A stretch of DNA of 64,000 bases from the NCBI GenBank assembly GCA_963666275.2, contig CAXXOA010000001.1, positions 1,408,001 to 1,472,000 of the forward strand, written 5' to 3'. Positions within the stretch are counted from its first letter, which is position 1. Each line of letters begins with the position of its first letter. This DNA comes from Oceanispirochaeta sp. (GTDB lineage Bacteria > Spirochaetota > Spirochaetia > DSM-2461). Below the pieces are notes generated by a model, which worked only from the letters and a program-made list of their open reading frames with translations, did no database searches and was not told the origin of the DNA. A program made the translations under genes and the position numbers. Below, one piece after another: positions 19,861 to 30,001 of the stretch.

Positions 19861-20626
19861 CTTTTACCTGTATCTCCCTGAGTCTGAAATAGGAGGCAGT
19901 CCAGCAGCTGAGGGGGATAATTCCCTGGACAAGGATTCTTGCCATTATCACCAGACCTCCTGAAGAGAGTCCAGTGCTCTGGAGTATCCGGAAGAAGGCA
20001 GGAGGGAAGGTGTCGGTTTCAAAAAAACGGAAGAGGATCATATAACCCAGTCCACCTGTGATCAGACCAAGCAGTATATTCAGAAGGAAAAGGGCCAGGA
20101 GTGTTTTAATGAGATTATTTTTTCTGAACCAGAGCGCCCCCAGAAAAAAGGGAACCTGAAGAACTGCATATCCCTGTAGAGCGTACCACAGCTCTTTTTC
20201 TGTAAAAGGATTAAATATAACCATGGGAGACCTGTAGAGAATACCGTTTATCAGGGATGTCAGAAGAGATCCCGCCAGGACGGTTCCACCGGCTATAAGA
20301 ATTATTCCGAAAAGAGAAAAAAGAAAGCGTGTCAGAAATTTTTCCAGAGTTGAAGCCGGAAGCATCAGGAAATTATGAATGCTGCTGCTGTTGTGGCTGT
20401 CCCGGAAAAGGAGGGAAATTGATATGGGACCTCCCAGAAAGAGGATCGTTACAAAAACGCCCTGGTAGAATTCGTTCAGAACAGAGCCTGTTCTGCCTGA
20501 TATCATTCCGATCATAAGTATAAAGGCACAGATCATGCCCGGAGCCAGGATCATCTGTTTTCTGACCGTGTACAGGTCTTTTCTGGCCAGCAGGATAAAC
20601 CGGGACCAGCTGAAATAGTTATTCAC
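19850..20626 (-). CDS. ABC-2-type membrane permease
   Basis: About 6 TM segments; LMLPASTLEKF motif; coupled to the ATPase gene. Confidence 0.75.
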   Translation of the reverse strand: MNNYFSWSRFILLARKDLYTVRKQMILAPGMICAFILMIGMISGRTGSVLNEFYQGVFVTILFLGGPISISLLFRDSHNSSSIHNFLMLPASTLEKFLTRFLFSLFGIILIAGGTVLAGSLLTSLINGILYRSPMVIFNPFTEKELWYALQGYAVLQVPFFLGALWFRKNNLIKTLLALFLLNILLGLITGGLGYMILFRFFETDTFPPAFFRILQSTGLSSGGLVIMARILVQGIIPLSCWTASYFRLREIQVKDGI

Positions 20627-21443
20627 TGATTTCCTCCTCTTTGCGGGTTATGAAATTGAAAAGGATCTCCAGATCGATGGCTGTCTCCTCTTCATCCTCT
20701 GCTCTGGGGCGGACAATGACTTCCCCTCCCGGTACAGCTTCTCTGTAAAGAGCGCTGCCGCTACTCCCTTTGGGCTGGAATTCGATCACGTATTTCCTTG
20801 AAAACTCCTCCAGAGAGGCGTTCATTCTGAGTTCTCCCCGGTCCAGAATTATCAGGGGGTCAATCAGGTTTTCCATATCTCGTACCTGGTGGGTGGAGAT
20901 GAGGATGATCTGATCTTCTCTGAGAGCGGAAGCCACAGTGCGGCGGAACTGTGTTTTTGAGGGTATATCAAGGCCGTTGGTCGGTTCATCGAGCAGCAGC
21001 AGGGAAGTGCCCGAAGCCAGGCCGAAGGCCAGAAGGAATTTCTTCTTCTGTCCGTAGGAGAGTTTCGCCAGAGAGGTTTTCTCCTCCTGGAGTTCAAATT
21101 CTTTCAGGAATTTCTGAAACTGTCCGTTTTGGAATTTCGGATAGAAAGGAGCGTGGAGTCCCAGGTATCTATCAATGTTCATTGAGGGAAGGGTGAATTC
21201 TTCGGGGATATAAAAAATATCTGAAAGAAAACAGGGATCCCTCCGGGAAGGGCTGTGGTCCAGAACCGACACTGTACCGCTCTGGGGGAAAAGCTCTCCG
21301 CTCAGGAGTTTGAGAAGGGTTGTTTTTCCCGCACCGTTGCGGCCCAGCAGGCCGTAGATGCTTCCTTTGTTCAGATTCAGTGACAGCTGATCCAGAACGG
21401 CCTTTCTGTCATATCGGAAATTCAGATTTTGTACTGTTACCAT
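20619..21443 (-). CDS. ABC transporter ATP-binding protein
   Basis: GRNGAGKTT, LSYGQ, LLDEPTNGLD, STH; start after GGAGG. Confidence 0.92.
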   Translation of the reverse strand: MVTVQNLNFRYDRKAVLDQLSLNLNKGSIYGLLGRNGAGKTTLLKLLSGELFPQSGTVSVLDHSPSRRDPCFLSDIFYIPEEFTLPSMNIDRYLGLHAPFYPKFQNGQFQKFLKEFELQEEKTSLAKLSYGQKKKFLLAFGLASGTSLLLLDEPTNGLDIPSKTQFRRTVASALREDQIILISTHQVRDMENLIDPLIILDRGELRMNASLEEFSRKYVIEFQPKGSSGSALYREAVPGGEVIVRPRAEDEEETAIDLEILFNFITRKEEEISE

Positions 21444-21459
21444 GTGTACCTCCATATTG

Positions 21460-21481
21460 GTGTACTATCTATCTAATACAC
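21460..21481. promoter_or_regulatory. YtrA-type operator palindrome
   Basis: GTGTACTA-N6-TAATACAC overlapping the -10 of a minus-strand TTGACT-N17-TAGTGT promoter. Confidence 0.7.
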
Positions 21482-21507
21482 TAATAGACTATTCGGGACA
21501 AGTCAAT

Positions 21508-21535
21508 AAAAAAAGGCGGAAGTCAATCTTCCGCC
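21508..21535 (-). terminator. Intrinsic terminator after cimA
   Basis: GGCGGAAG-ATTGA-CTTCCGCC followed by T7 on the minus strand. Confidence 0.8.
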
Positions 21536-21557
21536 CTGTTACTGTCTCCTGGGAGGT

Positions 21558-23129
21558 CTATTCCAGTATGAAATTGTTATAATAGTAGTTGATCGCATCA
21601 ATAAGGGCTTCCCAGGAGGCTTCAATGATATTTTCAGACACTCCCACAGTATCCCAGGACTGATCATTGTCCGAATAGGTTATGAAAACCCGTACCTTGG
21701 CAGCTGTCGCATCTTCCGGGTTGAGTACTCTTACCTTGTAGTCCGTCAGATGGAGATCTTTCAGAAAAGGGAAACTGGGGATCAGGGCATCCCGTATGGA
21801 AGCGTTCAGAGTGTCCACAGGGCCCTCTCCGACAGCAGCTCCCATGTGTTCGACCCCCTTGGCTTTCAAAAAGAGCCTTCCCACTGTTTTGCTTTTGCTT
21901 TCCATGGTTTTGTAGGTTTCAAGATGGTAGTTCTGCAGCAGGAACAGAGGTTCGAATTTGCCCAGGGCCTTTCTTATGATTATATCAAATGAGGCTTCCG
22001 CCGCTTCGTACTCGTATCCTGCCATCTCTTTCTCTTTCAGGCTTCTTGTCAGAGCGTTTACAACTTCGGATTTTTTATCATACTCTCCGTATTTTGCCAG
22101 CTTGGGAACAATAGTGGATTTACCCGCCAGTTCCGACAGGAGGACCTTCCGGGAGTTCCCAACCAGGGCGCTGTCTATGTGCTCCATCAGTTCCGGGGCT
22201 TTCAGTATGACATCCGCATGCTGCCCCGCTTTGTGACTGAAGGCGGCTTCTCCCACATAGGGCTGATTTTTGTCGGGTATGATATTGGCCTTTTCCGCAC
22301 AGAAGCGGGACAGCTGGGTCAGTTCTTCCAGATTCTTGCTGCAGCTGAGGTTCTTTTTCATTTTCAGGGCAAGGTTCGGGATGATGCCGCAGAGATTGGC
22401 ATTTCCGGATCTTTCACCCCAGCCGTTGATGGTTCCCTGAACGTGAATGGCTCCCGCATCGATGGAGAGGAGCGAAGCCGCAATAGCTGTGCCTGTGTCG
22501 TTATGAAAATGAACTCCCAGGGGCGCCAGACTCTTGGTACCCAGATCCTGTACAATCGCCGATGCCTCCTGGGGAAGGGTTCCCCCGTTGGTGTCGCAGA
22601 GCACAAGGCAGTCTGCTCCGGATTCCGTGGCTGTCCGAAGTACCTTCAGAGCATATTCAGGATTTTTCTTGTAACCATCGAAAAAATGCTCCAGATCGAA
22701 GATGATCTCTCTTCCTTCGCTTTTAAGGTAGCTGATGGAGTCGTGTATCATGGCCAGGTTCTCTTCCAGTGTGGTGCCCAGGACACTGGTCACATGGGCA
22801 TCCCAGCTTTTTCCCACCACGACGACAGCAGGAGTTTCCGCCTGAAGAAGAGCATTGATATGGGCATCCTGGGAGGCAGTCCCTCCGGGTTTTCTTGTTG
22901 AGCCGAAGGAGCAGATTTTGGCGTTTTTCAAATTAAAGGACCGGATCTGTTTGAAGAAAGCAGTTTCTCTTTCAGATGCCAGGGGAAATCCTCCCTCAAT
23001 GTAGTCTATTCCGAAATTATCCAGGAATTCAGCAATTTCCAGTTTATCCTTAAGGGTAAAATTGATTCCTGTTCCCTGTGTTCCGTCACGCAGAGTGGTG
23101 TCGAATACGGCAATATCGGTCTTTTTCAT
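21558..23129 (-). CDS. cimA: Citramalate synthase
   Basis: DTTLRDGTQG, FGSTR, VGKSWD.HV, EHFFDGYK, HFHND, YEAAEASF; LeuA-type regulatory domain. Confidence 0.9.
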   Translation of the reverse strand: MKKTDIAVFDTTLRDGTQGTGINFTLKDKLEIAEFLDNFGIDYIEGGFPLASERETAFFKQIRSFNLKNAKICSFGSTRKPGGTASQDAHINALLQAETPAVVVVGKSWDAHVTSVLGTTLEENLAMIHDSISYLKSEGREIIFDLEHFFDGYKKNPEYALKVLRTATESGADCLVLCDTNGGTLPQEASAIVQDLGTKSLAPLGVHFHNDTGTAIAASLLSIDAGAIHVQGTINGWGERSGNANLCGIIPNLALKMKKNLSCSKNLEELTQLSRFCAEKANIIPDKNQPYVGEAAFSHKAGQHADVILKAPELMEHIDSALVGNSRKVLLSELAGKSTIVPKLAKYGEYDKKSEVVNALTRSLKEKEMAGYEYEAAEASFDIIIRKALGKFEPLFLLQNYHLETYKTMESKSKTVGRLFLKAKGVEHMGAAVGEGPVDTLNASIRDALIPSFPFLKDLHLTDYKVRVLNPEDATAAKVRVFITYSDNDQSWDTVGVSENIIEASWEALIDAINYYYNNFILE

Positions 23130-23218
23130 AAACTTCATTCCTTTTAAAAAAAACTCAAACAGGGCTTCCCGAAAAGGAAACCGTTGCTTATATAAATAAA
23201 TCACAATAAAATGTCTTT

Positions 23219-24937
23219 ATGGGTAAAGATAATGTATTTGACAGGCTTGTAAAAGACCTTTCTGATGGCGAACGGCTAAAAATGCTGGAAAAAATTGAAG
23301 AAAAAGTGCGTATCAGTCAGGATCCGATGGAATTTCATGTTGAAAATGGGGCGGTTAAATCATTAGATCAGGAATATAATGAGTTATCTTGGTTAGATAA
23401 GGTTGTTATTTTTATCAAAACTCTGTTTTTGGGTAAAGATAAGTCTGAATTGACAAAAAACTATCTTATCAGAAGGATTCAGAGGCAGATTCAATATATG
23501 AACTCCCAGTATTTCAATATGAAAACTGAATCTGCAACAAAAGAATTTTTTGAAGTTCTCTCTGATATCAGTAAATCTGTTGAGTTTATCAAACAGCCTC
23601 TGGCTGATTGCTTTAATATAGATAAGGAATCCTTCTATATCCTTTTAGGAAAGCTGGAATTCCCCGCTGTTTACGAAGAACTGCTGGATGTTGCTGATCC
23701 GGAAAAGGTGAGCAGTAGAAATCCCTCACTGGAAACACAGCAGATCCGAAAGATTCTCTACGGAAAACTGGAAGAAACCATTGCCCGTCTCTCTCCCGAC
23801 GACAGGGTCAGGATGATGGAAACCACGGGGATCCTCTTTCATATGTATCAGCTCAGCTCTTTTCCCTTTTCCAAAATTCTGGGGCATTTTCCTGTCAATC
23901 AGAACGGGGAGGTCCTTCCCGCCAGTCTTTCTGTGCTGGAGAAATCTCTGGAGGATCTGGGTGCCGTCCTCAACTCATTCCTTACACCTCCGGGTCTGAA
24001 ACTCGTTGAGGCTGTATTTCTGACGGAATATGCCAAACTGAACCAGTCCGAGCTGGTGCTGGAGGAGTATCTGAAAACTTCCATGGTCAAGACAGAGCAC
24101 CTGATGGGGCGTATCCGGGAGTTCAACCGGAATATCCCCGTTCTCGATGTTCTGAGGATAATAAAGAAAGATCCCTTCTATCTGCCTGAAGATATAGGAG
24201 GAGGAGAGGACTGGTTTTATTATTTCAATCTCTACTGGCAGAATATGGCGGCCGGAAAGATGAAGGTTTTCAGTCGGAAAAGGACCATCGAGGCGGAAAA
24301 GAATGAATTGATCCGTCACTGGGAGATAGATGATATTTCCATTCTGAATAACTACAATACAGGACGGGCATTCTGTTATTTCTCCACAACCATGGCCCTG
24401 CTCAAAACTTTTTTCAAGGAAATCATCCAGAAGAAAATGTTCTATCCTCTGAAGATCATCCATGTAGACGGGGAGTTCTATAAAAAGAACAACCGGGCCG
24501 AGTTTAATGAATCTTTTGAAAATCTCATGAAAATCGGCGACAAAATCAAATGGTTCGAGCGTTATCTGGAGCCGGATGGTGAAGGGGGGATGAGAATACG
24601 GGAAGCCATTCATAATTCCGGTGGAAACAGGGAGACCGAACAGGAACTTCTGGAACCTGTTTTCAAGATTGTCAACAGAGAATCCCTGAATCTTCTGGAG
24701 AACTCACTGAATACTCTTTTCTCCATAGGGAAGCTTCTCAACGGAATCCTCCTGGGGAACGGCGGCACCTATGATACCCTGGCGAATTTTCCCGATCTGG
24801 GAGGGCGTAAAAATGCGGAACTGAGGGTTACCGTACAGGAAGCGGCGGATCATGTGAATAAATTCTCCCACACTCTGCAGGATATTCTGAATCTTGAAAA
24901 GGAAGGTGCCCGGGAGGAAGAAGCCCAGGCCTTTTGA
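23219..24937 (+). CDS. Conserved spirochaete protein (DUF5312-like)
   Basis: 572-aa helical ORF; FDRLV..LS..ER..ML, GGGEDWF, G.FYKK.N..EF motifs. Confidence 0.65.
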   Translation: MGKDNVFDRLVKDLSDGERLKMLEKIEEKVRISQDPMEFHVENGAVKSLDQEYNELSWLDKVVIFIKTLFLGKDKSELTKNYLIRRIQRQIQYMNSQYFNMKTESATKEFFEVLSDISKSVEFIKQPLADCFNIDKESFYILLGKLEFPAVYEELLDVADPEKVSSRNPSLETQQIRKILYGKLEETIARLSPDDRVRMMETTGILFHMYQLSSFPFSKILGHFPVNQNGEVLPASLSVLEKSLEDLGAVLNSFLTPPGLKLVEAVFLTEYAKLNQSELVLEEYLKTSMVKTEHLMGRIREFNRNIPVLDVLRIIKKDPFYLPEDIGGGEDWFYYFNLYWQNMAAGKMKVFSRKRTIEAEKNELIRHWEIDDISILNNYNTGRAFCYFSTTMALLKTFFKEIIQKKMFYPLKIIHVDGEFYKKNNRAEFNESFENLMKIGDKIKWFERYLEPDGEGGMRIREAIHNSGGNRETEQELLEPVFKIVNRESLNLLENSLNTLFSIGKLLNGILLGNGGTYDTLANFPDLGGRKNAELRVTVQEAADHVNKFSHTLQDILNLEKEGAREEEAQAF

Positions 24938-25051
24938 TTGACTATTCGTCTGAATTCTGGTTAAATCCCTTTAACAGAAAAGGTTGTCTCCGTCTTCGGA
25001 CTCTCCGGAAGTATGGCAGGATAATCGAGACCCTTTAAGAGGTAGAACAGA

Positions 25052-26806
25052 ATGGATAGTGTAAAATCCCAATGGATATCAATCATAGCCCGCGGCCTTT
25101 CTCTGGCGGCGGAAGAGAAGGGGATCTCCCTTGAAAATATAGAAGAGAAAATAGTCGTGGAAAGGCCTCCCCGGGCGGAACTGGGGGATCTGGCATTTCC
25201 CATGTTCCCATTCGCCAGGGATTTTAAAATCGCCCCGCCGGCTATTGCCTCCCTGGTTGCTCAGGCTCTGGGAGATCTTCAGGAGGGAAGCCTCAAAATT
25301 GCAGGTCCCTATCTGAATGTCTTTCTGGACAGATCTGCCGTAACGGAAGATCTTCTCAAAGAGGTTGTTGCACGGGCGGACGGCTACGGCAGATCGGATC
25401 TTCTTGCGGGGCAGAAAGTGATGGTTGAATTTTCCTGTCCCAATACCAATAAGCCTCTTCATCTGGGGCATCTGAGAAATGACGCCATCGGAGAGAGTAT
25501 CTCCCGGATCCTTAAAGCCGCCGGTGCGGAGGTGCAGAAGGTTAATCTCATCAACAACCGGGGTGTTCACATCTGTAAGTCCATGCTGGCCTATCAGAAG
25601 TTCGGGGAAGGAAAGACTCCTGAAAGCACCGGAATCAAGGGCGACCATCTTGTGGGAGACTTCTATGTGAAGTTCAACCAGTGGTCCAAAGAGGATTCCA
25701 CTGCGGAAGAACAGGCTCAGGAGATGCTCCGCCAATGGGAAAAAGGGGACCCCGCCGTCAACGAGCTGTGGGAAACCATGAACCGCTGGACCATTGAGGG
25801 CATCAAAGAAACCTATGAGAAAACGGGAATTTCCTTTGATACCTATTATTATGAAAGCAATACCTATCTGTCCGGCCGTGATCAGGTCCTGAAGGGTCTT
25901 GAAAAAGGGGTATTCTATAAGGATGAAGACGGAAGTATCCGTCTGGATCTTTCCGATATCGGTATGGATACGAAGGTCATGCTCAGAAGCGACGGGACTT
26001 CGGTATATATGACCCAGGATCTGGGAACTGCCATTGCCAGGCATGAGGATTTCCCCTTTGACAGGCTCATCTATGTTGTGGGGGCCGAGCAGGAGTACCA
26101 TTTTAAAGTGCTCTTCCATGCGCTGAAACAGCTGGGATTCTCCTGGGCGGATATGCTGTATCACCTCTCCTACGGGATGGTGAATCTCCCCGAAGGAAAG
26201 ATGAAATCCCGGGAAGGAACTGTGGTGGATGCGGATGATCTTCTTGAGGATCTTTCCCGGATGGCCAGGGAGGAGATTGTTGCCAAAGAGAGGGCCGAAG
26301 CTGTGGGGGATGTCGACACCACAGCCGGTAAGATCGCCCTGGCGGCACTGCACTATTTTCTGCTTCAGGTTTCACCTTATAAAGATATGGTTTTCAATCC
26401 TCAGGAATCCCTTTCGTTCAATGGGAACACAGGTCCCTATCTTCAGTATATGAGTGCCAGGATCAACAGTATGCTGGATAAATACAATGAGAGAGCCCAG
26501 GAGTTTGAAGGGGCCGTCCTGGACAGTTCTCTTTTAAACAGCGAGGCAGAGTGGGATCTTGTGAAGCTCATCTCCTCCTATCCTTCCCAGGTTAGGCAGG
26601 CCGCATCGGAACTGAATCCCTCCATTGTAGCGGCTCATCTCTATGATACGGCAAAGGCTTTCAGCCGGTTCTATCATGACTGTTCCATCCTGGGCAGCGG
26701 AGATAAAAATTTGACTAAATCAAGAGTGGCCCTCTCGGAAGCTGTCCTTCAGGTTCTGAAAAACGGTTTTGATCTGATAAACATTCCGTTTCTGAGTAAA
26801 ATGTAG
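25052..26806 (+). CDS. argS: Arginine--tRNA ligase
   Basis: PNTNKPLHLGH, KMKSREG, GNTGPYLQY; DALR domain. Confidence 0.96.
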   Translation: MDSVKSQWISIIARGLSLAAEEKGISLENIEEKIVVERPPRAELGDLAFPMFPFARDFKIAPPAIASLVAQALGDLQEGSLKIAGPYLNVFLDRSAVTEDLLKEVVARADGYGRSDLLAGQKVMVEFSCPNTNKPLHLGHLRNDAIGESISRILKAAGAEVQKVNLINNRGVHICKSMLAYQKFGEGKTPESTGIKGDHLVGDFYVKFNQWSKEDSTAEEQAQEMLRQWEKGDPAVNELWETMNRWTIEGIKETYEKTGISFDTYYYESNTYLSGRDQVLKGLEKGVFYKDEDGSIRLDLSDIGMDTKVMLRSDGTSVYMTQDLGTAIARHEDFPFDRLIYVVGAEQEYHFKVLFHALKQLGFSWADMLYHLSYGMVNLPEGKMKSREGTVVDADDLLEDLSRMAREEIVAKERAEAVGDVDTTAGKIALAALHYFLLQVSPYKDMVFNPQESLSFNGNTGPYLQYMSARINSMLDKYNERAQEFEGAVLDSSLLNSEAEWDLVKLISSYPSQVRQAASELNPSIVAAHLYDTAKAFSRFYHDCSILGSGDKNLTKSRVALSEAVLQVLKNGFDLINIPFLSKM

Positions 26807-26949
26807 GCATTGACGTCAGGAGGCGGAGGCGGGGAAACTTCTCCCGCCCTCGGCTCTCTGAGTTTAGATAAATCTTGGTACTTGACCATCTTACGCTATA
26901 AATGGTATACCCACATAGTGCCAAAAAAATGATTGTTGAGGTTAAGTGA

Positions 26950-27264
26950 ATGTACGCACTTGTAGAAATCAAAGGTAAGCAGTATAAAGCTGAAAAAGGC
27001 GCTGTGTTAAGAGTTGACAAGTTCAGCAACGAAGCAGGCGAAAAAGTGGAATTCGATTCCGTGCTGTACCTTTCCGGAGAAGGAGATCCTAAAGTGGGAG
27101 CTCCCTATGTGGAAGGTGCTAAAGTAACCGCCGTCGTGAAAGATACTTTCAAGGACAAAAAAGTCAAAGTCTTCAAATTCAAAAGAAGAAAAGGCTACAA
27201 GAGAACACAGGGTCACAGACAGCAGTATACGCTTCTTCAGGTAGAGGATATCCTCGGGGCCTGA
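26950..27264 (+). CDS. rplU: 50S ribosomal protein L21
   Basis: MYALVEIKGKQYK..GHRQ. Confidence 0.97.
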   Translation: MYALVEIKGKQYKAEKGAVLRVDKFSNEAGEKVEFDSVLYLSGEGDPKVGAPYVEGAKVTAVVKDTFKDKKVKVFKFKRRKGYKRTQGHRQQYTLLQVEDILGA

Positions 27265-27265
27265 T

Positions 27266-27604
27266 GTGATCAGGATTGTCCTTACCTTCGCGGATTCCGG
27301 TCTTCTTGAGACCCTGACATCCCAAGGTCATGCAAACAGGGCAAATGATGAATTGAATGAGGCCTGCGCAGGTGTTTCCATCCTATTGAGGACAGCTGCC
27401 AGGCTATTCAGCCATACAGACGGCATCACTACTGATGGCGGGGCTGATGAGCCGGGACACCTGAATCTGTCAGTGGAAGGTGTTTCGTTGGAGCGTCTGG
27501 ATTGGTACCGGGGAGCGGTTGATTCGCTTCTTCTGGGGCTGCGGGATCTCGCAGAAGAGTATCCGGACAGTATAAAAATTGATGTAGTACGAAGGAAGCA
27601 ATAA
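27266..27604 (+). CDS. prp: Ribosomal-processing cysteine protease Prp
   Basis: GHA..ACAGVS..YPD motifs; lies between rplU and rpmA. Confidence 0.85.
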   Translation: MIRIVLTFADSGLLETLTSQGHANRANDELNEACAGVSILLRTAARLFSHTDGITTDGGADEPGHLNLSVEGVSLERLDWYRGAVDSLLLGLRDLAEEYPDSIKIDVVRRKQ

Positions 27605-27861
27605 TGGCTCATAAGAAAGGTGGAGGAAGCTCAAAAAACGGCAGAGACTCCAATGCTCAGAGACTGGGTGTTAAAAGATTCGGCGGACAGCTTGTGAAAG
27701 CCGGAGAAATCCTTGTCAGACAGAGAGGTACTAAAATCCATCCTGGTGAAAATGTGGGAATCGGAAAAGATGATACCCTTTTCGCCAAGGAAGCTGGAAA
27801 CGTTCTCTTCCACGTAAAGAAAGGAAAAAAGCGGGTTTCTATAGTAGAAGCCGGTAATTAA
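27604..27861 (+). CDS. rpmA: 50S ribosomal protein L27
   Basis: [16 protein letters not shown]. Confidence 0.97.
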   Translation: MAHKKGGGSSKNGRDSNAQRLGVKRFGGQLVKAGEILVRQRGTKIHPGENVGIGKDDTLFAKEAGNVLFHVKKGKKRVSIVEAGN

Positions 27862-27869
27862 AGGACAAT

Positions 27870-28856
27870 ATGCAGGGTTTTATTGATGAAACTCGCGTAG
27901 AAGTCTATTCCGGGGATGGCGGCGCAGGATGCGTCTCATTCCGAAGAGAGAAATACGTCCCTAAAGGCGGGCCCGACGGCGGTGACGGCGGGCGCGGCGG
28001 GGACGTTGTTTTTCAGGTGAAGAAAAACCTGAAAACCCTATCCCATCTAAATCACAAACACGTATTTAAAGGTAAAACCGGGGAACAGGGCCGGGGCCGG
28101 CGTATGCATGGCAAGAACGGAGAACCCGTGGTTATTACCATCCCTCCCGGGACAATTATCCGGGACTATCAGACAAATGATATTTTAAAGGATTTTTCCG
28201 AAAATATAGACGGTGAAGAGTGGGTCTTTCTTAAAGGTGGCGAAGGGGGGCTGGGCAACTGGCACTTCAGAACTTCCCGGAAACAGACTCCCCGATATGC
28301 CCAGCCGGGCAAACCGGGGCAGTACGCAGAGTTGAAACTGGAGTTGAATGTAATCGCCGATATCGGATTTGTCGGATTCCCCTCGGTGGGTAAATCGAGC
28401 CTGCTGAAGGCTCTGACAAATGCCAATCCCAAGGTAGCGGCCTATCCTTTCACAACAAAAATTCCCAATCTGGGAATGTTGCGGCTGGGAGAAAAAGATG
28501 TGGTTCTCGCGGATATCCCCGGTATTATTGAAGGGGCTTCCCATGGACTGGGGCTGGGCTTCAAATTTCTGAAGCACATATCCCGAACAGCCTGTCTGGC
28601 GTTCCTTATCGATCTGGGTGAGCCGGAATTTACTGATACCTACGCCAAGCTTCTGGTGGAGCTGGAAGCGTATAATCCGGAACTTCTCCACAAGAAACGG
28701 CTTCTTGTGGGAACAAAACTGGATATGGACGGGGCTGAAGAGAATCTGGCTAAGTTGAAGGAAATGCATCCAGGGCACGAAGTCATTGCCGTTTCCGTGT
28801 TCTCCCGTGAAGGGTTGGATGATTTGAAGCTGGCAATGCTGAAACTGGCAAAATAG
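27870..28856 (+). CDS. obgE: GTPase ObgE/CgtA
   Basis: FRREKYVPKGGPDGGDGG, GFPSVGKS, YPFTT, DIPG. Confidence 0.96.
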   Translation: MQGFIDETRVEVYSGDGGAGCVSFRREKYVPKGGPDGGDGGRGGDVVFQVKKNLKTLSHLNHKHVFKGKTGEQGRGRRMHGKNGEPVVITIPPGTIIRDYQTNDILKDFSENIDGEEWVFLKGGEGGLGNWHFRTSRKQTPRYAQPGKPGQYAELKLELNVIADIGFVGFPSVGKSSLLKALTNANPKVAAYPFTTKIPNLGMLRLGEKDVVLADIPGIIEGASHGLGLGFKFLKHISRTACLAFLIDLGEPEFTDTYAKLLVELEAYNPELLHKKRLLVGTKLDMDGAEENLAKLKEMHPGHEVIAVSVFSREGLDDLKLAMLKLAK

Positions 28857-28862
28857 ATCTCT

Positions 28863-29432
28863 ATGAAACTGGTAATGCTGGGCGGGACTTTCAACCCGCC
28901 CCACAAAGGTCATCTGGCAATGGCGGATCAGGTCAGAAGGAGCTGCGGGTATGATAAAGTTGTACTCGTGCCCTCTTTTCAGCCTGCCCATAAGAGTGTT
29001 TCCATGGGAGTTTCCCCGGATCAGCGCCTTAGAATGACAGAACTGGCATCCCGTGAAATTGAAAAGGCTTTTGTTTCGGACTGTGAAATCCGGCGCAAAG
29101 GCGTCTCCTACAGTCTGGATACGATCCGGTATCTGAAGAATCATTACGAGATTGAGGGCAGGCCCGGACTGATAATCGGGGATGATCTTGTTCCGGGGTT
29201 CTCCCGTTGGCACAAAGCGGAGATTCTGGCTCAGGAAGCTGATATTATTATTCTTCACAGGGACGACTCGGGGGATCTGGATTTTCCCTATCCCCATAGG
29301 TATGTATCCAACTCAATGGTAAACCTGTCCTCCTCTCTAATACGGGAGAAGATCGGGGCCGGGATCAGTGTGAAGGAGGATCTTCCTCTCTCTGTGATTG
29401 AGTATATTCGAAAGGAAGGACTGTACCTTTGA
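28863..29432 (+). CDS. nadD: Nicotinate-nucleotide adenylyltransferase
   Basis: GGTFNPPHKGH, SSSLIRE. Confidence 0.93.
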   Translation: MKLVMLGGTFNPPHKGHLAMADQVRRSCGYDKVVLVPSFQPAHKSVSMGVSPDQRLRMTELASREIEKAFVSDCEIRRKGVSYSLDTIRYLKNHYEIEGRPGLIIGDDLVPGFSRWHKAEILAQEADIIILHRDDSGDLDFPYPHRYVSNSMVNLSSSLIREKIGAGISVKEDLPLSVIEYIRKEGLYL

Positions 29433-29989
29433 ATCGTCAGTTCTATATAGATGCCCTGGAAAAAATGCTGAAGCCCCCCCGGTTTCAGCACTCTCTCAGG
29501 AGTGCGGATACGGCGGTGGAGCTGGCAGAACGCTATGGGGCGGATACAGAAAAAGCCTGGCTGGCGGGTCTTCTTCATGACATCTCCCGCGGGCAGGACA
29601 GAGACACTATCACATCCTGGGCCCTGGCGGACAAAGGGGCTCTGACTGATTATGACACAGAGCATTTCAATGTACTCCACAGTTATGCCAGTGCCTGGTA
29701 CTGCCGGCAGAATCTGGATATCAGTGATAATTCTGTCCTGAATGCCATCCGTTTTCATACCACCGGTTCCCCCGGCATGGATCTGCTGGCAAAAGTTGTG
29801 TTTGCCGCAGACTATATGGAGCCCGGAAGAGATCATCTGTCTCAGATTCTACTGAAACAGCTGAGAAGTCTGTCCATTGATGATCTTGTTCTGGTGATAC
29901 TTGAAAAAACAGAGATCTATTTGCTCGAAAAAAATATTCCCATTGCGCCGGAAAGCAGGGAGTTGTACAGACAGTTGTCAAAACGGTAA
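29429..29989 (+). CDS. yqeK: HD-domain Ap4A hydrolase YqeK
   Basis: RFQHS, LLHDI, AIRFHTTG, ADYMEPGR; follows nadD. Confidence 0.88.
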   Translation: MNRQFYIDALEKMLKPPRFQHSLRSADTAVELAERYGADTEKAWLAGLLHDISRGQDRDTITSWALADKGALTDYDTEHFNVLHSYASAWYCRQNLDISDNSVLNAIRFHTTGSPGMDLLAKVVFAADYMEPGRDHLSQILLKQLRSLSIDDLVLVILEKTEIYLLEKNIPIAPESRELYRQLSKR

Positions 29990-30001
29990 GATAGCAGGTG
30001 T

